DNA of 20,000 bases. It comes from an uncultured virus (IMG/VR IMGVR_UViG_3300033148_004385) (lineage: Duplodnaviria; Heunggongvirae; Uroviricota; Caudoviricetes). The position numbers and the translations under genes were made by a program. Positions 1 through 9,750 of this stretch are shown one piece after another. Positions within the stretch are counted from its first letter, which is position 1. Every line of letters begins with the position of its first letter. Location: the IMG/VR virus record IMGVR_UViG_3300033148_004385, positions 54,259 to 74,258 of that record; one strand, 5' to 3'. The notes below the pieces were generated by a model. The model did no database searches. It had not been told where the DNA came from and saw nothing but the letters and a program-made list of their open reading frames with translations.

Positions 1-160
1 AGTTATATATACTTCTAATTTCACCATCATCAGCAGCATCTTCATCATCCCAACGCCTTATTATTGACCCTGTATAACCTTTTTGTTGTCTTTCGTATAT
101 AACACCACCTTTTACAACAAAGTCGCTAAATTCGCTTGATTTACTGTTTTCATTACTCAT
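1..160 (-). CDS. 5' part of a probable MORN-variant repeat protein (runs off window edge)
   Basis: Manual translation from ATG at 160: MSNENSKSSEFSDFVVKGGVIYERQQKGYTGSIIRRWDDE...; GGAGG RBS at 166-170; carries the G-x-x-YE...(F/Y)TG leader shared by neighbouring MORN genes. Confidence 0.65.
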   Translation of the reverse strand, partial: MSNENSKSSEFSDFVVKGGVIYERQQKGYTGSIIRRWDDEDAADDGEIRSIYN

Positions 161-165
161 ATTAT

Positions 166-231
166 CCTCCCTTGGATTATGGCTTAATTACCATCTGCTT
201 ATAATATACGGATTTTTTTCGGATTTATCAA
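166..231 (-). promoter_or_regulatory. Promoter/stem-loop/RBS cassette copy 1
   Basis: Minus strand TTGATA-17-TATATT, then AGATGGTAATTAAGCCAT, then GGAGG. Confidence 0.8.
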
Positions 232-239
232 GGGTTATT

Positions 240-722
240 TTACTTTTTATTATTATCTTTTAATATTTCATCATTTTCCCAAAATTCTTTAAATTCGATA
301 CTACCATCTTCATGGTATCTAATATATTCACCATCTTTTAAACCATCTTTGTAATTACATTCTGTTTCTTTATTCCCATTTTCATGCCATCTTATATACT
401 TACCATTTATACCATCATTTACAAGAGTACACTCAACTTTTTTATTACCATTTTCATAAAAAGATTTTAATTGACCATTTAATAAATCGTCTTTGTAATA
501 AGCGATTCTTTTTATTGCACCATTTAGGTGATATTCAATATATTTCCCTTCTAATTTTCCATCCTTGTACTGCTGTATTGAAAACAAAAGATTGTTATTT
601 AACCATGTGGTATATTTGCCATCCAACTTCCAGTTAAGAAGTGTGTAATCAGTTTTTTTATTCTCATGTTCTTCATCAAAAAAAGTAGTGATGTGAACTT
701 TGTTAAGATTATCTTTACGCAT
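240..722 (-). CDS. MORN-variant (MORN_2/YwqK-like) repeat protein
   Basis: Repeats such as YKDGKLEGKYIEYHLNG and YKDGLKDGEYIRYHEDG; likely start ATG 722 after GGGG RBS, overlapping the upstream stop. Confidence 0.85.
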   Translation of the reverse strand: MRKDNLNKVHITTFFDEEHENKKTDYTLLNWKLDGKYTTWLNNNLLFSIQQYKDGKLEGKYIEYHLNGAIKRIAYYKDDLLNGQLKSFYENGNKKVECTLVNDGINGKYIRWHENGNKETECNYKDGLKDGEYIRYHEDGSIEFKEFWENDEILKDNNKK

Positions 723-1299
723 AATTAAGCCCCAAATTAAATGATATAATTTCTTTACCATCTTTGTAGTATTTTTCTAATTTTTTATTACCATCTTCAT
801 CCCACCAAATTTGTAAACCATCTTCTTCACCATCTTTATAATTTATTTCCAGTTTTTTATTACCATTCTCATACCACCATGTTTTCTTACCATGTTCTTT
901 CCCATCTTTGTAATTTGTTTCTATATATTTATTTCCATTTTTGTACCAATCAATTTGTAAACCATCTTGTTTCCCATCTTTATAATTTTCTTCAGATTTG
1001 TTATTACCATTTTTAAACCATTCAGCTTGTTTACCTACCAAAACATCATTTAAATAATCCCTTTCCAGTTTCTTTACCCCATTACTAAACCAAACAATTT
1101 CTTTCCCATGTTTAAGACCATCTTTATAATTTTCTTCACTTTCTTTTTGGGTTTCCATTGAAAAATAATATTCAATCCATAAGCCATGTTTTAAACCATT
1201 TTTAATGTAACCAGTTGTATATTTCTCATTAACTTCACCTGTAAATGGTTTTTCTTTTAATTCATAAAATTTTCCATCATCAACTGCTATTCTACACAT
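715..1299 (-). CDS. MORN-variant repeat protein
   Basis: Leader DGKFYELKEKPFTG plus ~6 YKDGKxxG..W..NG repeats; start moved to ATG 1299 (AGGAGG RBS). Confidence 0.9.
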   Translation of the reverse strand: MCRIAVDDGKFYELKEKPFTGEVNEKYTTGYIKNGLKHGLWIEYYFSMETQKESEENYKDGLKHGKEIVWFSNGVKKLERDYLNDVLVGKQAEWFKNGNNKSEENYKDGKQDGLQIDWYKNGNKYIETNYKDGKEHGKKTWWYENGNKKLEINYKDGEEDGLQIWWDEDGNKKLEKYYKDGKEIISFNLGLNYA

Positions 1300-1304
1300 A
1301 ATAT

Positions 1305-1371
1305 CCTCCTGTGAATGGTGGTATAATACCACCTATATAATACATTGTATATTTAAAAATTAATTTGTCAA
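1305..1371 (-). promoter_or_regulatory. Promoter/stem-loop/RBS cassette (variant)
   Basis: TTGACA-16-TACAAT; perfect inverted repeat GGTGGTAT-T-ATACCACC (1317-1333); AGGAGG. Confidence 0.7.
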
Positions 1372-1375
1372 GGAA

Positions 1376-2125
1376 TTATACTATGATATCATCTAAATAT
1401 TCATATTCATATTGTTTACTTCCATCTTTGTAGAACCAAACACATGCACCATGTTTTTTATCATCTTTATAATTTAATTCGTATTGTTTGTTACCATTAT
1501 CATACCACCCTAATATAACACCCTCTTGTTTGTCGTCATTTAAAAAACCTTTGTATTCCAACTCACCATTTTTATGCCATCTTAAAGTGATACCATATAC
1601 TATACCATTTTTTGTGTTTACTTCGTGTTTTTTATTCCCATTTTTATAAAACATTTTTTGAATACCATCAGCTAAACCCCTTTTATAAAACTCTATAAAT
1701 TCAGTGTTACCATTTTCATACCATGTTATTAACTCAAAATCACTCTTATTGTTTTTATTTTTATAGAAAACTTCAGATTTCCTTTTACCACTTCTATACC
1801 AACTTTTTAAATCTAAAAGAGCACATGAAATACCAATTCTTTTTTTGTTACCATTATCCCACCATTCACAAAACTCACCACGTTTTTTACCATTCACAAA
1901 ATTATAAACACTTCTTTTATTACCCTTTTTATACCAATAGGTTCGTTTACCATTTAATTTACCATATTGATAATATTCTTCATAATACAAAACATTGTTG
2001 TATTTCCATTTTGTATATTTGCCTTCACGTTTATAATTAACAAGTGTGCATTCCGATTTCTTGTTAAAATCATCATAATAATTTATAATTTCACGTGTAT
2101 TTGTGTTGTCTATCTTTCTATCCAT
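1376..2125 (-). CDS. MORN-variant repeat protein
   Basis: Multiple WYENG/WYDNG repeats; likely start ATG 2125 after AGGGG RBS. Confidence 0.85.
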   Translation of the reverse strand: MDRKIDNTNTREIINYYDDFNKKSECTLVNYKREGKYTKWKYNNVLYYEEYYQYGKLNGKRTYWYKKGNKRSVYNFVNGKKRGEFCEWWDNGNKKRIGISCALLDLKSWYRSGKRKSEVFYKNKNNKSDFELITWYENGNTEFIEFYKRGLADGIQKMFYKNGNKKHEVNTKNGIVYGITLRWHKNGELEYKGFLNDDKQEGVILGWYDNGNKQYELNYKDDKKHGACVWFYKDGSKQYEYEYLDDIIV

Positions 2126-2579
2126 TTTCACACCCCTTTTTAAGTAAACCACCATCTTTATAATAATATTTTACTACTTCCTTACCACTTTTATCCCAAT
2201 GTATTTCTTCCCCATCTTTTAAACCAAATACATAATTTCGTTCTATATGTTTACCACCATTTTCATACCAAATAAATTCATAACCATTTTTAAAATAATT
2301 AAGATAATTTCTTTTTATATGAATATCCCCATTTTTATGCCAATAAGTTTGTTCACCATTTCGTTTACCATTTTCGTAATTACATTCTTTATATCTTTTA
2401 CCATTTTCATACCAATGAATTTCTTTACCATGTTTTTTACCATCTACATAATCTATCTCACAAAATTTATTACCATCATCATATAAATCGACAAACTTAC
2501 CAGTAAATGGGTTTTCTTTTAATTCATACATTAAACCACCCTTCAACCCAGTGTTCTCATAATTGACAACATTTTCCAT
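2118..2579 (-). CDS. MORN-variant repeat protein
   Basis: GGLMYELKENPFTG leader; YVDGKKHGKEIHWYENG repeats; GAGGT RBS. Confidence 0.9.
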   Translation of the reverse strand: MENVVNYENTGLKGGLMYELKENPFTGKFVDLYDDGNKFCEIDYVDGKKHGKEIHWYENGKRYKECNYENGKRNGEQTYWHKNGDIHIKRNYLNYFKNGYEFIWYENGGKHIERNYVFGLKDGEEIHWDKSGKEVVKYYYKDGGLLKKGCENG

Positions 2580-2589
2580 TTTTTTTACC

Positions 2590-3129
2590 TCATAATATAT
2601 TACCTAACATTTTTTTTACCCTAATGTGTTTCTTTACATCCCAGTTACTTAAATCTTGTTTAAAGGATTTTGCATTTAAAAACATCCATTCCATATAAAT
2701 TACATTGCTAACATTCCAACCACCAATATCACTATTAAAAGAATCAGTATCCTTAAACATAGCAGTCATATCATAAACATTACTCACATCCCATTTACTT
2801 AAATCACCATTAAAAGAAGTAGCACCATAAAACATACTATTCATATTGGTAGCACCACTTACATCCCAATTACTTATATCACAATCAAAAGTATTTGCAT
2901 CCATAAACATATGACTCATGTTGTGAAGTTTTGATACATCCCAATCACTGATGTTTATGTTAGGGTATTTCTTGAAAATATTATTAATACCCAATGTGTC
3001 ACCTTTGTTTTGATATCGTTGTACTTTTTTTGTTAAAAAACCTGTACGATAATCGGTAACAAATAAAGATTTAAGAAAATCACGAATTATTAATTTTCCG
3101 TTACTAAATTCTACTTGATATTTCATCAT
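2590..3129 (-). CDS. DUF285/BspA-type repeat protein
   Basis: Tandem WDVS..xMxxMF..A..FN.D(I/L)S.W repeats. Confidence 0.85.
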   Translation of the reverse strand: MMKYQVEFSNGKLIIRDFLKSLFVTDYRTGFLTKKVQRYQNKGDTLGINNIFKKYPNINISDWDVSKLHNMSHMFMDANTFDCDISNWDVSGATNMNSMFYGATSFNGDLSKWDVSNVYDMTAMFKDTDSFNSDIGGWNVSNVIYMEWMFLNAKSFKQDLSNWDVKKHIRVKKMLGNIL

Positions 3130-3773
3130 AAAGTTATATCATCAATCAAAAATCTATTTAATAATATAGATATATCATCATATATAGAAAGAATGTCATT
3201 AGAATCTTTTTTAACATCTACTGCTACAAGATTTAATGTTCTATTATTAAATAATCTCTTTATGTCATCACCAAAAGCCTGGTAGCTAATAACTACATTT
3301 TTATCATTATTTAAATCTAAATAAGAGAATTCTTTAAACTCTAAACCAAAAGAATTTTCTAATTTCACCTCTATTTCTTTCTTTTCTTTTTGTGATTTAC
3401 TGCTTCCATGTTTATCAATTAATTCACTAATTACATCAAATTTATAATAAAATGTTCTGTGTATTGATATAGGAAATACACCTTTCATAAAAAAGAATAA
3501 ATATACAATCCTTTGTTGTCCATTAATAATATTATATCTATAATCATTTATATTATAATACATATAAATGCTTGGGATTGGTATATTTTTTAGTAATGAT
3601 ACAACCAAATAGATTACAATTTTCTCTTCCCATACATATTTTTTTTGATGTTTTGGTATAAAATATGTACCTGAAGACATTCTGTCTATGATTGTATCAA
3701 TTGGTGTCTTTGAGTCACTATATCCAATATCAGCATTCATTAAATCACCTATATTAACACTTTTATTTTTCAT
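3126..3773 (-). CDS. Stand-alone DUF262 (ParB/Srx-fold, GmrSD N-terminal-like) protein, degenerate motifs
   Basis: IPKHQKKYVW (cf. PxYQRxYVW), SLLKNIPIPSIY, IINGQQRI (cf. DGQQR). Confidence 0.75.
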   Translation of the reverse strand: MKNKSVNIGDLMNADIGYSDSKTPIDTIIDRMSSGTYFIPKHQKKYVWEEKIVIYLVVSLLKNIPIPSIYMYYNINDYRYNIINGQQRIVYLFFFMKGVFPISIHRTFYYKFDVISELIDKHGSSKSQKEKKEIEVKLENSFGLEFKEFSYLDLNNDKNVVISYQAFGDDIKRLFNNRTLNLVAVDVKKDSNDILSIYDDISILLNRFLIDDITL

Positions 3774-3843
3774 TTTTTTTACCTCATGACATTGAAATCA
3801 ACTATTTTAATTCATTGGGTTTTTGTGTTTATTTTACCGTTAT

Positions 3844-4209
3844 CTAACCACCACATTTAAAACCATTTTTATAATCTATTTCACTTTTTTTATTGCCATT
3901 TTTATACCATTTAGTTTCCTTACCATTTAATTCACCATTTAAATAAAATCTCTCAAATACTTTACACCCATTATCATAATACAATATTTCTTTCCCATGT
4001 TTTTCACCATTTTTATAATCCACACTTTTTTGTTTATTCCCAGTATAACCCCATAATATACAAATACCATGTTTTATGCCACTTTCGTATTCTATTTCAT
4101 GATGTTTATTACCCTTATCATATAAATCAATGAATTTACCAGTAAAAGGTTCTTGTTTTAATTCATATGCTAAACCGTTGTGTTCGCCTATTTTATCAGT
4201 TGTTGTCAT
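3844..4209 (-). CDS. MORN-variant repeat protein (3' end apparently frameshift-truncated)
   Basis: NGLAYELKQEPFTG leader, close paralog of 2118-2579; AGGAG RBS. Confidence 0.88.
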   Translation of the reverse strand: MTTTDKIGEHNGLAYELKQEPFTGKFIDLYDKGNKHHEIEYESGIKHGICILWGYTGNKQKSVDYKNGEKHGKEILYYDNGCKVFERFYLNGELNGKETKWYKNGNKKSEIDYKNGFKCGG

Positions 4210-4215
4210 AATATG

Positions 4216-4277
4216 CTCCTATAAAAACAACAAAATCATTGTTATAATACTATATCATTTGTTTATTATTTTGTCAA
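4216..4277 (-). promoter_or_regulatory. sigma70-like promoter with weak hairpin and RBS
   Basis: TTGACA-17-TATAGT; AGGAG. Confidence 0.7.
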
Positions 4278-4314
4278 TTTGAAAGATTATTTTACTGAAG
4301 ATGTCTTTTTATAT

Positions 4315-4680
4315 TCATTTTTTACACAAAACATTTTTTAATGTTTTAATGACAGACTCTTTAACTATATCAATGTTATCAACCATAGTTTTTGTCTTTG
4401 GGTTTTCAGAAATAAGACCAATGCTACCATCATTATAATATTCTAAATAAACAATTTTATATGTATTGCGAAAGACTAAACAAACCCCTTCATCAGCAGA
4501 AGTAGTAACACGAAACGGTATTAATTTATTAGAAACAAATTCAGGTATCATTTTTCTTAAACCATCTAAAATTTCTTTAGATGGTTTTTCACCCATTTCT
4601 TCATGTGGGTAATTACCACCAGATAACCAATTTTCTAAATCATCAATTTTTTTTAATAATATTTCATTAAAATCAATCAT
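4315..4680 (-). CDS. Hypothetical protein
   Basis: ~121 aa ORF overlapping the upstream stop; no motif recognised. Confidence 0.7.
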   Translation of the reverse strand: MIDFNEILLKKIDDLENWLSGGNYPHEEMGEKPSKEILDGLRKMIPEFVSNKLIPFRVTTSADEGVCLVFRNTYKIVYLEYYNDGSIGLISENPKTKTMVDNIDIVKESVIKTLKNVLCKK

Positions 4681-5800
4681 CACCAATTATTTCCCCATTT
4701 TTATATTCTTTTTTATATTCTACTTCCCCATATCTCCAAGTACTTTGAATACCATCTTTTCTATCATTCACATAATCTACTTCGGATTCTTTTTTACCAT
4801 CTTCATACCAAGTTTCAAATTTACCATGTTTATCACCATTTTTATAATTTAATTCACATTCTTTATTACCATTTTCATACCATTCTGTATATTTACCATC
4901 CAAACAACCTTTCACATAGTTTCGTTCATATTTTTTATTACCATTTCTATGCCACACAGTATATTTACCTTCGTATCCATCGTGACCACGAAAACCCTTA
5001 CACTCAATTTTACCATTTAAATAATACCAACTTAAAGAACCAAATCTTTTACCAAAATTATAATTTACTTCAGATTCTTTTTCACCATTATCATACCACT
5101 TTGTTTGTTTACCATCCTTATCACCATCTTTATAATTATATTCTAACTCTTTTTTACCATTACTATACCAAATTATTGTTGTACCATGTTCTTTTCCATT
5201 CACATAATTCCCATCACGTCTTTTATTTCCATTTCCCCACCATTCAATATATTTCCCATTTTCTTTACCATTTTTATAATGTATTTCATATTCTTTACGA
5301 CCACTATCATACCATTTTATTTCTAAGCCATGTATTAAACCATCTTTATGGTAAAGTTCATTTTTTATGTGTCCACTCTCATACCACCATGTTTCTTTAC
5401 CATTTAATTCACCATCAATATAATTTTTTTCTACGTTTTTTTTACCATTTTCATACCAATAAATTTCTTTACCGTGTTTCATTCCATTCTTAAAATTAAG
5501 TTCAACCATTTTTTGACCACGACCATAATATTGTGTATATTTACCATGTTTCAAACCATCCTTGTAATATACCTCCATTTTTATTACATCACCAGGATAT
5601 TCATGATATTCAATAAGTACACCAGTAAATGGTTTGGGTTCTAAACTATACATTATATCATCAATTTGAATTGGTTTTTTTTTAGTTTTATATTCGTTAA
5701 TGTGTATAATATTATTGCATCCATTTTTTTTATATTCATTTGTTGGTGTTATTGCATGTGTTAAACCATTAATTTCTATAATTTTATTTGTAATTTTCAT
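4673..5800 (-). CDS. Long MORN-variant repeat protein
   Basis: 375 aa, roughly a dozen YKNG..HG....WY.NG repeats after a PFTG leader. Confidence 0.92.
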   Translation of the reverse strand: MKITNKIIEINGLTHAITPTNEYKKNGCNNIIHINEYKTKKKPIQIDDIMYSLEPKPFTGVLIEYHEYPGDVIKMEVYYKDGLKHGKYTQYYGRGQKMVELNFKNGMKHGKEIYWYENGKKNVEKNYIDGELNGKETWWYESGHIKNELYHKDGLIHGLEIKWYDSGRKEYEIHYKNGKENGKYIEWWGNGNKRRDGNYVNGKEHGTTIIWYSNGKKELEYNYKDGDKDGKQTKWYDNGEKESEVNYNFGKRFGSLSWYYLNGKIECKGFRGHDGYEGKYTVWHRNGNKKYERNYVKGCLDGKYTEWYENGNKECELNYKNGDKHGKFETWYEDGKKESEVDYVNDRKDGIQSTWRYGEVEYKKEYKNGEIIGDD

Positions 5801-5810
5801 AGTCTCTACC

Positions 5811-6716
5811 CTATTTTATATAGCCATATTCATATGTTCCTTTCTCACAAATAGAACCATCTTGATTATAAATTGTATATTCTCCGTTTTCTAAACCTTT
5901 TTCATAATACCGTTCATTTTTTTTATCACCATTTTCATACCATTTTGTTTGTTTACCATGTTTATTTCCATCTACATAATCTACTTCACTTTTTTTATTT
6001 CCGTTTTCATCCCAAATACTCTCTAAACCATTTGATTTGCCATCAACAAAATTTCTTTCCCAATGTTTTACACCATTTTCATGCCACCTCTTTTCTTTAC
6101 CGTTTAATTTACCATTTTCGTAAACCTCTTCACTCATTTTCTTTTTAAGCGAATACGAAAACCAAACAATCTTTTTCCCGTGTCTCTGACCATTTTTATA
6201 ATTAGTTGTTATATGTTGTGTACCATCAGGTGAAACATCAATCATAATACCATGTATTTGACCATTTTCATAGTTTATTACAGTACTTTCGCCACCACTT
6301 GGGTAATAAGAAATGCTCTTACCATGTTCTTTCCCATCTACATAATCTATATCATGGCTTTTACTTCCATTTTTCCACCATAAAATATGTTTACCATTTA
6401 ATACACCATTATCAAAATCACTTTCAGATTGTTTATTACCATTTTCATACCATTTAGTTTGTTTACCATTTTCTTTACCATTTGTATAATTTAATTCAAT
6501 TTTCTTTTGTCCATTTTTATGCCATTCTGTGTGTTTGCCATTTAAAACACCATCTTTATAATTAGTATTATATTTCATAGAACCATCTTTACGGTATTCA
6601 ATTTCAACCCCATCTAACACACCATCTTTATAATTACTTCGTTTTTTTACATTACCATTTTTTTTATATGTTTCTATTAATTCACCATTTACTGGAACAC
6701 CATTTAATTTAATCAT
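5811..6716 (-). CDS. MORN-variant repeat protein
   Basis: Repeats throughout; likely start ATG 6716 in a TAATG overlap with the upstream stop. Confidence 0.9.
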   Translation of the reverse strand: MIKLNGVPVNGELIETYKKNGNVKKRSNYKDGVLDGVEIEYRKDGSMKYNTNYKDGVLNGKHTEWHKNGQKKIELNYTNGKENGKQTKWYENGNKQSESDFDNGVLNGKHILWWKNGSKSHDIDYVDGKEHGKSISYYPSGGESTVINYENGQIHGIMIDVSPDGTQHITTNYKNGQRHGKKIVWFSYSLKKKMSEEVYENGKLNGKEKRWHENGVKHWERNFVDGKSNGLESIWDENGNKKSEVDYVDGNKHGKQTKWYENGDKKNERYYEKGLENGEYTIYNQDGSICEKGTYEYGYIK

Positions 6717-7585
6717 TATTTTACCCACCACTTTATATCGCCATCTCTTTTACCATCTTTATAATTTTCTTCACAAGCTTTTTTTCCACTATCATGCCAC
6801 CAAATTTCTTTACCATTTTTTTTACCATCTTTATGATTTGTATTTGATTCGATTTTACCATTAGGATGCCAAGTAAAACCGAAACCCTGCATATCACCAT
6901 CTTCATATTCTGATTCTAATTGCTTATTACCATTAGGATAAAACCTAGTAAATGTACCATGTAATTGACCGTTTTTATACATCTTATAGCTTTTTTTCTC
7001 ACCACCCTGATACCAAGACATAGAAACACCATCTTGTACACCATCCTTAACATTTATTTCCATTGATTTAATACCATTTTCATACCAGATAGTTTCTTTA
7101 CCATTTATTTTATTATCTATATAAGTTAATTCCCTTTCTTTATTTCCATTTTCATGATATTTAATTTGTTTTCCATGCAGAATGTGACATTTTTTATAAT
7201 TATATTCACTTTGGATATTGCCATTTTCATACCAGATTGTTTCTAATCCATCCATAACATCATTTAGATAATTTGTTTCCTTTCTTTTTTTACCATTACT
7301 ATACCATATTGTATATAACCCATTTTTTTTACCATTCTCATAACTTACTTCTATCCATTTCTTTCCATTTTCATTCCACCATGTTTCTTTACCATGTTCT
7401 TTCCCATCTTTGTAATCAACTACATTGTATATCTCACCTTCATCATTATAATTGGTAATTTTCCCATGTAGCTTTCCATCCTTAATAAAACCTTTAATTT
7501 TATTATTTTTAATTTCACCTGTATAGGGTTTAATCATAACTTGACGATAAACCCCACCAACAAAACACACTTTCATTTCATCCAT
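6716..7585 (-). CDS. MORN-variant repeat protein
   Basis: GGVYRQVMIKPYTG leader; YKDGKEHGKETWWNENG repeats. Confidence 0.9.
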   Translation of the reverse strand: MDEMKVCFVGGVYRQVMIKPYTGEIKNNKIKGFIKDGKLHGKITNYNDEGEIYNVVDYKDGKEHGKETWWNENGKKWIEVSYENGKKNGLYTIWYSNGKKRKETNYLNDVMDGLETIWYENGNIQSEYNYKKCHILHGKQIKYHENGNKERELTYIDNKINGKETIWYENGIKSMEINVKDGVQDGVSMSWYQGGEKKSYKMYKNGQLHGTFTRFYPNGNKQLESEYEDGDMQGFGFTWHPNGKIESNTNHKDGKKNGKEIWWHDSGKKACEENYKDGKRDGDIKWWVK

Positions 7586-7588
7586 ATT

Positions 7589-8041
7589 TTACCCCTGTTT
7601 TAATATTAATATAAAAAAATTATTTTCTTTTAGGAATTCAGAATATTCACTCAAATTATAAATACCATTTCTATAACGCATTTCATTAAGTAATTCTTTA
7701 TTAGCTAAATAATTGTTATATGCATCATTCAAATACGTTTTAAAATCATCCAAAATCCCTACCTCATTGTGACCAAAAACTACTAAATCATAACCATCAA
7801 TCTCACCAAACAATTCACCAGTTTCATACCCTGATATTTTAAGTTCTAATTTATTTTTTAATTTTATATTAGAAATTGAGTCTATATATAATATTGTTTC
7901 TTGTGGTTTGGCAAGACAACCCCTAGAATTTAAATTCGCTTCCATTGCTAAAATTAATTTATGAATAGAATAAAAAACAACTGCTAATGGTAATGATAAT
8001 AAACCCCAAACCACAAGGCTTTCCAATTGAGATTGAGTCAT
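7589..8041 (-). CDS. Hypothetical protein with one N-terminal transmembrane segment
   Basis: LVVWGLLSLPLAVVFYSI hydrophobic stretch; ATGA overlap with upstream stop. Confidence 0.7.
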   Translation of the reverse strand: MTQSQLESLVVWGLLSLPLAVVFYSIHKLILAMEANLNSRGCLAKPQETILYIDSISNIKLKNKLELKISGYETGELFGEIDGYDLVVFGHNEVGILDDFKTYLNDAYNNYLANKELLNEMRYRNGIYNLSEYSEFLKENNFFILILKQG

Positions 8042-8815
8042 ATTTTTTCACCCTTAATATATTCACTAATATTTTTTATTTCACCATTTTCATGCCATTC
8101 TGTATATTTACCATGAAGTATACACTTCTTAAAATTCCGTTCAAATCTTTTATTTCCATTCTCATACCAAGCAATTTGAATACCATCTTCTACATCATTC
8201 ACATAATTTGTTTCAGATTGTTTATTTCCATTCTTATACCAATAAGTATGAACACCATACCTATTACCATTTTCATACTGCAATTCACATTTTATCTTGC
8301 CATCATAATACCATCTTATTTCTTTACCATTTTTTTTACCAGCTTCATAGTTTATTTCATTTTCTTTATTTCCATTCTCATACCAAAGAAAAGATTTCCC
8401 AATCGGCTTGGCGTTTTCGTAAATTGATTCAAAACTTTTCTTACCATTTTCATGCCATTCAGAGTGTTTACCATGTCTTTTACCATGCTTATAAAATATT
8501 TCAGTTTGTTTATTGCCATTATGATACCACCAAGTTTGTATACCATGGCTTTCCCCATTCTCGTTATTTAATTCATATAGTTTACTACCATATTCGTTCC
8601 ATTCAATTTCAACCCCATGTAGTAACCCATCTTTATAAGTTTCTTCTGATGCTTTATCACCATTTTTATGCCAAAAAAACTCTTTACCATCTTTTTTTCC
8701 ATCTTTATAGTTTATTTCCCATTCTTTTCTCCCATTCTTATTGTAATAAACCTCTTTACCATTTTTTTTTTTCGGCTAAATAACCACCTTCTGGTATTAA
8801 ATTGTTTTTACACAT
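8038..8815 (-). pseudogene. MORN-variant repeat gene interrupted by one extra base in an A11 tract
   Basis: ATG 8815 with AAGGAG RBS reads MCKNNLIPEGGYLAEKKKW*; with A10 it continues NGKEVYYNKNG... in a stop-free frame to 8038 (~258 aa). Confidence 0.85.
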
Positions 8816-8821
8816 AGATTT

Positions 8822-8892
8822 CTCCTTTGAAAATAAATAATTGCATAATTACAACCACAATTTATTATATATTTTATTTCATATTTTGTCAA
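8822..8892 (-). promoter_or_regulatory. Consensus sigma70 promoter + hairpin + RBS
   Basis: TTGACA-17-TATAAT; GGTTGTAATTATGCAATT; AAGGAG. Confidence 0.8.
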
Positions 8893-8930
8893 TTACTTTT
8901 ATGATTTCATTTATTAAGAGAAAAGAAATA

Positions 8931-9725
8931 TTAAATATCCATTTCCATAGCAATTTCAGCACTTCCCACATTAACTTTTTTTAAATGTTTATTTATTATA
9001 ACCTTACGCTCATGTGTATATTTTGCAATTTGAAGACCATGTTTTTTTCCATTTTTGTAATTACAGGTGGTTTTCAATTTTTCAAATAATGACATACCAT
9101 CATCGGGTATAAAATCGTAAATTTCTACCTTAAATCTGTGAACACCAGTAACCCATTTGGTATAGAGACCCTCTATTAATCCATTATTATAAAAACATTC
9201 AATATCAAGTTCCTTATATCTATCATGCTTTTTGTATTCACCATGTAATAGCCCCTGTTTATATGTTGTCTTAACATCTATTCTTCCGTTTTCATGCCAA
9301 GATTTATATTCACCATGTCTTTTCCCATTTTCATATCTGACATCTGATTTCTTTTGTCCACTCACATACCAAAAGAAAGATTTTCCATGTGGTTTATTAT
9401 TTTTAAATTCCTGAATGGATTTTAACTTATCATTTTCATAACGTAATATTGACACCCCATCTTTTTTATTGTTTTTATATTCAATATTTGAAATCATTAC
9501 ATTATTGTCATCCCATTCAATTTGTTTACCATGTAATTTCCCATATTTGAACATTTTCTCTGTTTTTAATAGCCCATTTTTACAATATTTCTCTTGCCGT
9601 CCATGTAATTTATTATTTTTAAAATTTTGAATTAAATTTCTTTCACCATTTTTGAAATTCCTAATAATCCTTATACCACCATCTTCATGATATAATTCAT
9701 CGAAAAAAATGTTTTCTTCAATCAT
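8931..9725 (-). CDS. MORN-variant repeat protein
   Basis: FKNNKLHG and YENGKRHGEYKSWHENG repeats; divergent C-terminus. Confidence 0.87.
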   Translation of the reverse strand: MIEENIFFDELYHEDGGIRIIRNFKNGERNLIQNFKNNKLHGRQEKYCKNGLLKTEKMFKYGKLHGKQIEWDDNNVMISNIEYKNNKKDGVSILRYENDKLKSIQEFKNNKPHGKSFFWYVSGQKKSDVRYENGKRHGEYKSWHENGRIDVKTTYKQGLLHGEYKKHDRYKELDIECFYNNGLIEGLYTKWVTGVHRFKVEIYDFIPDDGMSLFEKLKTTCNYKNGKKHGLQIAKYTHERKVIINKHLKKVNVGSAEIAMEMDI

Positions 9726-9750
9726 GTTTGCCCCACTAATTTTAATGATT

